Source of the DNA: an archaeon | GTDB taxonomy: Archaea; Asgardarchaeota; Thorarchaeia; Thorarchaeales; Thorarchaeaceae | Direction: 5' to 3' | Length of the DNA: 32,000 nucleotides | Assembly: GCA_024275415.1 (NCBI GenBank) | Contig: JAJRZD010000043.1 | Location: forward strand, 120,001 to 152,000 | Notes under the pieces: generated by a model | What the model saw: the letters and a program-made list of their open reading frames with translations, nothing else | Databases searched by the model: none | What the model was told of the DNA's origin: nothing | In this document: piece after piece, positions 17,559-25,867 of the stretch | How positions within the stretch are numbered: position 1 is the stretch's first letter | Layout: every line of letters starts with the position of its first letter | Position numbers and translations under genes: made by a program

Positions 17559-18255
17559 CACGCCTCGTGAGATTGTCAATATGACTCGCTTCATCCTTAG
17601 CGAGCTCGGACTAGACCAATTCAGTGACTTGTCAGATTCCCAGATTCTACAGATTACAAAACGGATTGACAACATGTTTGACAGTCGTCTTGAGAGAAAC
17701 AATGCAGACCCATACTGGCTACCGTCCTTCGATGACTCTGTCGAGTATGACAAGCTTATCTTGGAAAAGCTTGGGGTCGAGGGCGATCTTGTCAGAATGG
17801 CGACGAGAGCACATCAGGCATGGGAAAAGGCATACAGTGAAACGAAGCCGAACTTCATTGAATCATGCAGGACACACCTTGAAACACTTCACCAGCGTGG
17901 GTATCGTCTGGGGATTGCATCGAATAGACGGAATGACCCGATACCACACTTGGAGTCTGCTGGTATCCGACACCTCTTTGATGTTATCGAGTATTCCTGC
18001 GTACCCGGGTACAGAAAGCCCTCTCCGTTCATGCTTCTTCAGGCTGCAGCGAAACTGGGAGTCAATCCCAGAAGATGCGCGTATGTGGGCGACAAGGTAG
18101 AATATGATGTGGTCGCTGCCAAGAGAGCAGAATTCCTCCCAATCCTAATCATCTGGTGTGATCCAAAAGAGAGAATGAATGTCTTAGATGATGTGGTCGT
18201 CATTGAACACATCAACAAGATGATTGAGATGTTCAGGGGCGCAGGAGTTCACTAG
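17515..18255 (+). CDS. HAD-superfamily hydrolase (subfamily IA-like)
   Basis: Motif I IVFDMGGTL, motif II GIASN, motif III RKPSP and motif IV YVGDKVEYDV. Likely start is ATG 17515 or 17503. Confidence 0.88.
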   Translation: MIKAIVFDMGGTLYDTPREIVNMTRFILSELGLDQFSDLSDSQILQITKRIDNMFDSRLERNNADPYWLPSFDDSVEYDKLILEKLGVEGDLVRMATRAHQAWEKAYSETKPNFIESCRTHLETLHQRGYRLGIASNRRNDPIPHLESAGIRHLFDVIEYSCVPGYRKPSPFMLLQAAAKLGVNPRRCAYVGDKVEYDVVAAKRAEFLPILIIWCDPKERMNVLDDVVVIEHINKMIEMFRGAGVH

Positions 18256-18823
18256 AGGCTTACACAAACATTCTCTAGCATGGTCGATCTTTCTGCATAA
18301 CGCTCTATCATTCAGAGAAGAACGTTGACTCGACGACTATGATTTCATAATTATCGCCCGTGATGTTAATCTTCTCTGGGAATAGTCTAGTATCGCTTTC
18401 TATGATAGCATTACCTGAAATAGATTGATGATATAGGAAAAATTGCTGAAACTATTATGTCATCTACTGGGTGTTTCTGTCCTAATTAGGTTGTTTCAGA
18501 AACCGAGAGGAAACAAGAATGCTCAGCAACGAGGAGCCTGCCATGACTGTAATTTCATATCACGAAATACTGACTGGAATATCAATTCCTTAGACATCAT
18601 GATAGGAGGAATCGCCCTGTCAAATAGCGTATTGGAAATTGCGTCTAGAGATGCCAATTTCGTAGAAATAGTGAAAGTATCTGACTTTGGAGGTAATCAA
18701 CTACTAAGCAACAACGACATCATAGTAGAGAGGAATACCAGCGAAGAACCAACAAGTGGTGATACATGAAAAAATGATGGTGGCCCCTCATCGAATGCCT
18801 TGCAGGGGCCGACTCTGATTGTT

Positions 18824-18985
18824 CTATTCGAGCTTTTCGAAGTCCTCTTTCGAAGCCCCACACATCGGACAGACCCAATCATCGGGCAGATCCTCGAACT
18901 TGGTGCCGGCAGCAATCCCACCATCGGGATCGCCAACATCCTCGTCATAGACCCAGCCACAGACAAGACATTCCCATTTTGCCAT
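18824..18985 (-). CDS. Rubredoxin (53 aa; below the ORF-track cutoff)
   Basis: Manual translation gives [53 protein letters not shown], with the canonical CxxCG.xY...GT.FEDLP.DW.CPxCG pattern. GGAG lies upstream. Confidence 0.96.
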   Translation of the reverse strand: MAKWECLVCGWVYDEDVGDPDGGIAAGTKFEDLPDDWVCPMCGASKEDFEKLE

Positions 18986-19086
18986 CTGTCTATCTCCAGT
19001 TTCATTTTGCTATTCTTGTGAACGAACCGTAATCATCCACCTTCTAGCGGTTATAATCACAGTGATAAAAGCCTTCGGTTGCATTC

Positions 19087-19143
19087 AAAGAAAAGGCGCA
19101 TGCCCTCAGATCATCAATGATCCGACAGGGCATGCTTTGCGCC
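19087..19143 (-). terminator. Hairpin plus U-tract immediately after the stop of 19144-20370
   Basis: The minus strand reads GCATGCCCT-GT-CGGATCA-TTGA-TGATCTG-AGGGCATGC, then GCCTTTTCTTT. This gives a 9-bp plus 7-bp stem (one G-U pair) and a 4-nt loop. Confidence 0.5.
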
Positions 19144-20370
19144 TTAGATGTCGTCCTCTTCAGGTTCCGGTACTTCATCTATCTCGATTGGTTCATCTGG
19201 AGGCATGTCTGCTTCAATGGGCTCCTCGATTGTTTCTGGCTCATCAGGTTCTTGTTTCTCTTCTAAAGGTGCATCATCCAAGACCACTGGGGTGTCCGCG
19301 GTCATTTCAGGAGCTTCGGACATCTTACGATAGCACATAACAAAGCGAATCTCAACTGCAAGGGCGATGAATGGGAATATCCAGAGCTTGATGATGTCAC
19401 TTACAGGGGCTATGTCAGTGGGTGAGTGACCTGCATTGGCAAGGAGAATTGTAAACATAACATCCACGAAGACATAGCATGAAGCAAGGAAGAACGTAAA
19501 TGTCGCAGCAAGTTCTTTGGAGAGTTTGAACCGTGATTCCGTTTCTGCTCTACTTGCGAGGGTTCTGCCTACACCACTCATGGTGTAGAGGAGAAAGAAT
19601 ACGGTCACAGCCACTCCGACGATGTCTATCCCAAGGTCTGCCCCCTTCAGGACGTTGTAGATGAAATATCCGGAATACAGAGAGATGAAAAGTCCCAGCA
19701 ATGCTAGATTGTCTGCACCCTCCCTGTTCCTCTCTGATGTGACGAGTATCCCATTGATGAAGTTGAAGATTGATGCAATAAGGATACCGACAAGTGCGCC
19801 TCCAATGGCAAGCGGTGGCGCTTGGAAAGGATACAAGATGAAATAGGTCACGATAGCAGCACCAATAATGATGACATAGTTGAAGATGTTGGCTATTCCA
19901 AAGAACACGGTCATGGCCTTCGACCGATGTTCGTGATCAATCGAAGTTGCGAAGCCGAGGCTCGTCTGTGTTGAGAAATAACCCTGGAATCCAATCCAGA
20001 CAAAGAAGCCAGCGAATGTTATCACAAGAAGGAGGATCCCTGCAAATACGAGTGTGATAATGTATAGGATCAAACTGACAATGAACATTATCACAGTCAA
20101 CATGCCTGACCTAGCATATGACTCCTCGCTGGCAACGAAATGCTGTAAACCTAACAGTGACAGGATTGTAACGATCATCCAGAAGAACGGAAACAAGGCA
20201 GCCAATGCAAGTGCAGCATTCGCACCTGCTGGAAATGTTGCCACAACTCTTTCCAATATGTACGCAAGTGTAGCGTCGATAAAGAATATTAACGTCAACC
20301 ATTTCAATCGTTTCGAGGCAAAGAAGAGTTTCAGTCCTTCAATGAACCTAGTTAATACTGGAATCTCCAT
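19144..20370 (-). CDS. Polytopic membrane protein (about 10 TM) with acidic Pro-rich C-terminal tail, hypothetical
   Basis: 408-aa ORF with repeated hydrophobic segments and the tail EPDEPETIEEPIEADMPPDEPIEIDEVPEPEEDDI. I recognise no family. Confidence 0.75.
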   Translation of the reverse strand: MEIPVLTRFIEGLKLFFASKRLKWLTLIFFIDATLAYILERVVATFPAGANAALALAALFPFFWMIVTILSLLGLQHFVASEESYARSGMLTVIMFIVSLILYIITLVFAGILLLVITFAGFFVWIGFQGYFSTQTSLGFATSIDHEHRSKAMTVFFGIANIFNYVIIIGAAIVTYFILYPFQAPPLAIGGALVGILIASIFNFINGILVTSERNREGADNLALLGLFISLYSGYFIYNVLKGADLGIDIVGVAVTVFFLLYTMSGVGRTLASRAETESRFKLSKELAATFTFFLASCYVFVDVMFTILLANAGHSPTDIAPVSDIIKLWIFPFIALAVEIRFVMCYRKMSEAPEMTADTPVVLDDAPLEEKQEPDEPETIEEPIEADMPPDEPIEIDEVPEPEEDDI

Positions 20371-20415
20371 GGCGGTTTTCCCCTGAGAATACTACAGATA
20401 CCTGTGTACATTCAG

Positions 20416-20889
20416 CTATTTATGCTTGAGTACATGAAGGATTTCTTCTTCGAGGGTTTCTTTGACAGCGGGCTTTTCGATGATAAACGCCACCTGCTCT
20501 CCTGAATTCTTGTCGAAGAACACGAAGTAGGGGATTGCAGGCACTTCCCACTCGTTGGTTTCTGGAGGAGAGGGAGGCACGGCCCATTTCACATCAGGAT
20601 CCAACGGTGCGGTCTTGATTGTCCCGAAGACCAGCACATCGAGGTTGATTTTTTCCTCAAGATGTTTCATGACCGGCATGGCATCCTTGCAGTCCCCACA
20701 CCATGCAGCGCTGAACACGACCACACACAGATCCTTAGTGATAGTAGCGAGTTCGTCGAGAACCTCTTGCTTTGGCGAGTACTCCTCGTAGAGCTCATCG
20801 AGGATATCACGATCCTTTTCAGACATGCTCTCAAAATAGCCTTTCACATCAGTAGCTCTGCTCCTGATATCGTCAAGGTCAGCCTTCAT
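20416..20889 (-). CDS. Thioredoxin-fold protein
   Basis: VVFSAAWCGDC (WCxxC) and a cis-Pro-like VPAIPYFVF segment. Confidence 0.85.
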   Translation of the reverse strand: MKADLDDIRSRATDVKGYFESMSEKDRDILDELYEEYSPKQEVLDELATITKDLCVVVFSAAWCGDCKDAMPVMKHLEEKINLDVLVFGTIKTAPLDPDVKWAVPPSPPETNEWEVPAIPYFVFFDKNSGEQVAFIIEKPAVKETLEEEILHVLKHK

Positions 20890-20988
20890 GGTACTTGTTC
20901 GATGGTGAATCCCACTTAAGATTTTGCAAGTGGCTTTTGTGAGGACATAGCACGAACGCTCTTATGTGACGATAGCACCTGAGAAACG

Positions 20989-21546
20989 TTGGTGTGTATC
21001 TTGTCCACGGAGGTATACAAGGCAATCGTGATAGGCCCTAGGAATGTAGGGAAGAGTTCCCTAGTACGGAGGTATCTGGATGACATCTTCCTTGAGAAGT
21101 ACACTGCAACTGTCGGTGTGGACTTGCGAGCTGCGAACATGGATTTTCCTGATGGCACAGTCACATTGACCATCGTTGATCTGGGTGGGCAAGAGTCGTT
21201 TGACCTGCTACGCTCCCGATTCTATCAAGGGGCTCATTATGTGATGCTCGTCTATGACATCACAGAGCGTGAAACATTCGATCAGATAATCGATTGGTAC
21301 GAAAATCTTTCCCTGAGTTTTTGCGAGAACGAAGGTAACATGTTGAACGGGGCCTTGGTGGCAAACAAGTGCGACCTCATCGGCAACCATGAGGTCGAGG
21401 TTTCTGAAGGCAAGCAGCTCGCACAAGTCCTTTGCCTCGACTTTTACAAGACAAGTGCAAAAACTGGAGAGAATGTAGGCGAACTCTTCGTCAATGCTGC
21501 CATTAAGAGCAGGATGACATTCCGTCAGGCTCAGCATATGAGATAG
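20989..21546 (+). CDS. Small GTPase, Rab-like (Ras superfamily)
   Basis: G1 GPRNVGKSS, G2 TVGVD, G3 DLGGQ, FYQGA..VMLVYDIT, G4 NKCDL and G5 TSAKTGENV. No C-terminal Cys prenylation motif. Confidence 0.9.
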   Translation: MVCILSTEVYKAIVIGPRNVGKSSLVRRYLDDIFLEKYTATVGVDLRAANMDFPDGTVTLTIVDLGGQESFDLLRSRFYQGAHYVMLVYDITERETFDQIIDWYENLSLSFCENEGNMLNGALVANKCDLIGNHEVEVSEGKQLAQVLCLDFYKTSAKTGENVGELFVNAAIKSRMTFRQAQHMR

Positions 21547-21588
21547 GACGCTCAGGAATCCCACTGACACCTGAGCATCACCACACTA

Positions 21589-22968
21589 CTACTGGGTCGC
21601 TGCGGTTATCCTGCAATCCCGAATCCGAATCGATGGGATGAACGTTGGAGTGGGGACTTCCCACCAGTAGATTTGTCGTCTGTCATCCCCAACGGCATCG
21701 ATGTTAGCAAACATCCGCATCGTGTTGTCGCTGATACGCACGTTCTTGATGGGTTTCATCTCGCCCTTGTCTATCAAGAACATGGCATCTCTAGGGATCG
21801 TCGAGAACTCCCCAGTCTGGTAGTTCTGGAATCGTGTATACCAGTTGCTTGTCACATAGATGGTGGGTTTCGGGTTCTCAAACAGTTCTTCTACCGAGTG
21901 GTTTCCGTTGTCAAAGACGAGGTTCGATGTGTTAGGAAGCAACATCTTGAGACCCTGACCAAGCCCTAGCATCGCAGAACTCCCTGTGGAAGAGGTTTCG
22001 TACATCTTTGCAGTGGTGGTGTTGTGGACGAACGACCTCAGCACTCCATCTTTCACTATCTCGGTCTGTTGAGTGGGAGTGCCCTCGAAATCGAATGCCC
22101 TGCATGCCAACCCGTTGGGAATCCATGGGTTATCCGTCACAGTCACAAAGTCGGGTGCTATCTGTTCGCCCATCTTATCGCCTAAAGGTGAGAAGCCTAT
22201 CAGTACCATGAACGGATTAGCCGCATCGGGAATCCCACCCAAGACGTTAGCCCCTACTGTCGGGCTGAGTATCAGGTCATAAACCCCAGGCTCTCCTTGA
22301 ACAGCACCAATCGCCTCTTTTGACAGGCCTCCCGCCTTTGCACCAGCCGCAATGATGCCTTTCTCCGCTTGAGTCGGCATTGTCCCACATTCAAGCCCCT
22401 GCCCTGAATGATCGAGTTCGTCTTGGAACGCACGGATATTGATATCAAAGGATGTCATCTTGCTCGACCCCTCGGGGCCATAGCTCGACTTGAGAAAGGT
22501 GAACTTCTTCGAGAACATCAATGCTCCAGCGACCCGTTTTGCTCCTTCAGAGATTGCTGCATCTATCGCAGAGTTCACGAACTCTGGAGCCATCTCTGTG
22601 AAGTCGTCGATTCGTGGGTCATAGGCACCTTTCAGGTCGCGGTACTTGTGGACATTCTCCTCAACACCTGCAAAGAACATCGACTCGGGTAATCGTGTTG
22701 CGAACGCAATCGTGTCATCCACTGCTTTCCGTGCCGCATCCTCGGAAGTCACAGATCGCTCACTGTAACCCACTCGCGTTCCTTCTACAACCACGAAAGT
22801 TTCGAGTTTGAGCTCTTCCCATCTTTTCCCAATGTCGATGGAGTTCTGGCTGAACCGGATCTGTGAACCAGATGAAATCATTCCGCGTGCTATGATACCT
22901 TCAATCTTGTCCCGAGCGTGTTCCACTGCTATATCAACATAGGTCTTCAAGTCATCGTATTCTGACAT
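21589..22968 (-). CDS. pmbA: TldE/PmbA-family protein (non-catalytic partner of TldD)
   Basis: Has TldD/PmbA-fold motifs (FDFEGTP, IVKDGVL, GN...EEL) but lacks HExxH. ATG 22968 overlaps the TldD stop (TGATG). The ORF-track extension to 23061 is unlikely. Confidence 0.85.
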   Translation of the reverse strand: MSEYDDLKTYVDIAVEHARDKIEGIIARGMISSGSQIRFSQNSIDIGKRWEELKLETFVVVEGTRVGYSERSVTSEDAARKAVDDTIAFATRLPESMFFAGVEENVHKYRDLKGAYDPRIDDFTEMAPEFVNSAIDAAISEGAKRVAGALMFSKKFTFLKSSYGPEGSSKMTSFDINIRAFQDELDHSGQGLECGTMPTQAEKGIIAAGAKAGGLSKEAIGAVQGEPGVYDLILSPTVGANVLGGIPDAANPFMVLIGFSPLGDKMGEQIAPDFVTVTDNPWIPNGLACRAFDFEGTPTQQTEIVKDGVLRSFVHNTTTAKMYETSSTGSSAMLGLGQGLKMLLPNTSNLVFDNGNHSVEELFENPKPTIYVTSNWYTRFQNYQTGEFSTIPRDAMFLIDKGEMKPIKNVRISDNTMRMFANIDAVGDDRRQIYWWEVPTPTFIPSIRIRDCRITAATQ

Positions 22969-24398
22969 CAGCCAACACCTCCAAGTCGGATGCCTCTGAA
23001 CCGTATATCTCCGCCTCCTGCATACACCGGCACACCCTGCATGGGGTCGCTCTTGCCACATGTCCCTGGAAAGTCAAAGCGCAACTCTTTAGACACTGCA
23101 TCTACCGAGCTTAGCAATCCAACACTCGTGGTTTCAAGCACGGGACGTTTGACCATTGTGTCTGTCAGTTCCCCATTGCGTATCAGGTACGCCTCCACTC
23201 CAGAGTACTTCGATTGGTATCGGCGGTCGTCTATGTTCCATTCGGCGAAGGTACGCATAAACACGCCTAATTTTACATCCTCAAGGAGTTCCTCAAAAGA
23301 GTGGTTGCCGGGCTCGAAGTAGGTATTCGCCATCCTGATAATTGGCTCACGGTTATAGGCAACTGATCTGGCTGCAGCGTTAGAGCCAAACCCGAACTTG
23401 GTGCCAAACTCCCTGTTTAGGAGTGGCTCGTTGATGACACCGTTCTTGATGAGGACACGCTTTCGAGCCTTCACGCCCTCGTCATCATAGAGATAGAACC
23501 CACCGGTATTGGGGATGGTAGGATCCTCGCACACGGTCACCGCATCTGAACCGACTCGTGATTTTCCGAAGTCGAGGTCTCGCCAGAAGCTCTCACCAGC
23601 CTGAGCCCCTTCTCTGCCCATGATCCTGTCCCCCTCGGATGGGTGTCCGACATTTTCATGGGCGATGATACCAGCGACTTCTGGACCCACGATCATGTCG
23701 ATGGGCTGATCCATCAGTTCGGCGACTTTTTGAGCGTTATCAGCGGCTTTCTGGAGGCGTTGTGCTTCATCAGCAAGCCCCTCAATGACCTTTCCATCCT
23801 TAATGCGTTCCCATCCGCCACATTGGGTCATATCTAACATTCGTTGGGCATCCCCTGTCTTTCCTTTGGCGGTAAGAAGGCAAAAAATGCTGATGTACGA
23901 AGTGAAACCTTCTATCTGGGTGCCCTCGCTCGTCACGAGATATTTCGCTGTTTCAAAGGGATTAAGCATCATTGTGTACTGGGCAAGACCACTCATTTGC
24001 CTATTCATCTCATCTGCCGTTTCCATCATTGTATCGATGTCAACATCACTGATACGCTCCTTAATATCGACACTCCATTTGGCCTGATTGGAAACTGGTT
24101 CGCCCAAGTCAATCCGTTCTTTCCTGTGTGCGCCCTTGGCCATCTTATAGGCGGCCGTGATGGCATCAGTTGCCACAGTCTTGTCTAACCGGTCAAACGA
24201 CGCAAACCCCATGTTTCCATTTACAAGGATTCGAACACCAATCCCGACTGAGGGTGCGATTCCACCGGATACTGGAGCACCGTTCCTATAGGCAAATCCT
24301 CGTCCTGTCCCATGAACAAATCGGGCTTCAACATAGTCCCCGCCGAGGTCACGGCCGAACTCGACGCAGAACTCTGCAAGATCCTTTCCATCTTTCAC
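22968..24398 (-). CDS. tldD: TldD-family metalloprotease
   Basis: AHENVGHPSEGD (HExxGH), DDEGV, RMANTYFEPG and the C-terminal GTCGK..P.Q.VPV..GG motif. GTG start. Confidence 0.9.
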   Translation of the reverse strand: MKDGKDLAEFCVEFGRDLGGDYVEARFVHGTGRGFAYRNGAPVSGGIAPSVGIGVRILVNGNMGFASFDRLDKTVATDAITAAYKMAKGAHRKERIDLGEPVSNQAKWSVDIKERISDVDIDTMMETADEMNRQMSGLAQYTMMLNPFETAKYLVTSEGTQIEGFTSYISIFCLLTAKGKTGDAQRMLDMTQCGGWERIKDGKVIEGLADEAQRLQKAADNAQKVAELMDQPIDMIVGPEVAGIIAHENVGHPSEGDRIMGREGAQAGESFWRDLDFGKSRVGSDAVTVCEDPTIPNTGGFYLYDDEGVKARKRVLIKNGVINEPLLNREFGTKFGFGSNAAARSVAYNREPIIRMANTYFEPGNHSFEELLEDVKLGVFMRTFAEWNIDDRRYQSKYSGVEAYLIRNGELTDTMVKRPVLETTSVGLLSSVDAVSKELRFDFPGTCGKSDPMQGVPVYAGGGDIRFRGIRLGGVG

Positions 24399-24543
24399 TT
24401 CAATGACCTTCTTCCTGTCGATGTCGGTTTACCAGATAAAGCATACGAAAAACGCTATCATGTCCGAATCCTTATTTAGATAGAAACTGGCGTGAGCGCG
24501 TGTGTATCCACAAGGGGTTGTCTGTTTGTCCTTGGTAGATGAA

Positions 24544-25854
24544 ATGACGAAAAAGAAATGGGTTTCTCTTGGCACATTCCTCATCATTGACGGATTACAA
24601 ATCCTGTTCGTTTCGTTCATCACTCTGGACGAGTCGACCCCGTGGATCATTGGCTTTGACCCGTCGAGGAGCAATCCGCTGACTTCGCTGACGTTGTTTG
24701 TTGGGATTACTATCGCTCAGTTATCCTTGTTGTACTACGTTTCACTGCGAACGATATCGGGAGCTAATATGCAACGGATCTTCCCGAACTACGATGACTC
24801 GGGTCTTTGGCGCTGCAAGTATCTAAAGGACGACCTTGTACGATGGTCGATGGAGATTGCTGACAAGTCGAGTGTGAAGATAGACCGAATCCTCGTGATG
24901 CAGTCACCTCTTCCAAACGCATTCACTTTCAGTCTTCCGCTCATAGGTTCGGTTCTCGTTATCTACAGCAATATCATGGATCTTCTCAACGAGAACGAGG
25001 TTAAGGCAATCATCGCCCATGAAATCGGACACATCAAGAACAAAGACTCGCTAACATCGATATTCTCGCAGATGCCGGCATTCTTCATCGATGTCATCTA
25101 TATTTACATCTATGCACGGCTTGGTCTGGGTATTGCCACAGCACTACTGGTCAACTTCGACATCATCACAGCAACAATCCGCATACTCGTCCTCATTGGA
25201 TTCTTCATCCTATCAAGAGTCATGGTTTTCCTCACTCGTCTCTTAGTGCAAAGTGCAGTCAGAAAAGCAGAGATGCTTGCAGACCATCACGCTGCCGTTA
25301 TTATCGGCTTGGAATCGAGCATGAATGCATTGATTCGCCTTGGACAGCGAGTGGAAGCTGTCACTGCACTTGTCGACACAATTCGGTGGCTGGAATCGCT
25401 TAATCCCGAGCGGGTCACTCCTGTGACACAGGAGGAGCTAGGAAGGATGATTCTTTCATTTCCTCTGGATGGCATAGATGAGAAGAATGCCGAACAGATG
25501 GCCCCATGGGTTTTTCTCTACACCAAGTTGAAGCATCTCAGAGAGGTATATGGTGTTGAGCTTACAGATGAGCAGATAACAGAAGCCATAACACCAGCAG
25601 TCCGCTCGTTGTCACAACAGCGATCAGAAAACAAGACTGACGAGAGCGCTAGGAGAGTTGTTGACTGGCGGACTGCCGATGTTGACGGGGATGACCGTCT
25701 GTCCCCAGATGAGTTGTCCAGTCTGATTACAATGCTACGCGCAAATCCAACAAAGCTGATGTTTGACAGCGAAGTAGGCAAGAAACTGCTCCTGCTTGAT
25801 CATCCTGATTTCAGGAGCCGTATCCTATTCATTGCTGATACTTTTGGCATGTAA
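24544..25854 (+). CDS. M48 (HtpX/Ste24-like) zinc metalloprotease with internal EF-hand-like loop
   Basis: PNAFTF, AIIAHEIGHIKN (HExxH), RKAEMLAD (third ligand E) and C-terminal HPDFRSRI, plus TM segments. DVDGDDRLSPDE lies at 25678-25713. Likely start is ATG 24544. Confidence 0.88.
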   Translation: MTKKKWVSLGTFLIIDGLQILFVSFITLDESTPWIIGFDPSRSNPLTSLTLFVGITIAQLSLLYYVSLRTISGANMQRIFPNYDDSGLWRCKYLKDDLVRWSMEIADKSSVKIDRILVMQSPLPNAFTFSLPLIGSVLVIYSNIMDLLNENEVKAIIAHEIGHIKNKDSLTSIFSQMPAFFIDVIYIYIYARLGLGIATALLVNFDIITATIRILVLIGFFILSRVMVFLTRLLVQSAVRKAEMLADHHAAVIIGLESSMNALIRLGQRVEAVTALVDTIRWLESLNPERVTPVTQEELGRMILSFPLDGIDEKNAEQMAPWVFLYTKLKHLREVYGVELTDEQITEAITPAVRSLSQQRSENKTDESARRVVDWRTADVDGDDRLSPDELSSLITMLRANPTKLMFDSEVGKKLLLLDHPDFRSRILFIADTFGM

Positions 25855-25867
25855 ATACGTGAAGAAA

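Noticed and set aside
18443-19021. ORFs 18443-18769, 18697-19005 and 18800-19021
   Set aside because: No recognisable motifs. The latter two overlap the clear rubredoxin gene in other frames or on the opposite strand.
22969-23061. N-terminal extension of the PmbA-like ORF
   Set aside because: It overlaps the TldD 3' end. The TGATG-coupled ATG at 22968 is the more plausible start.
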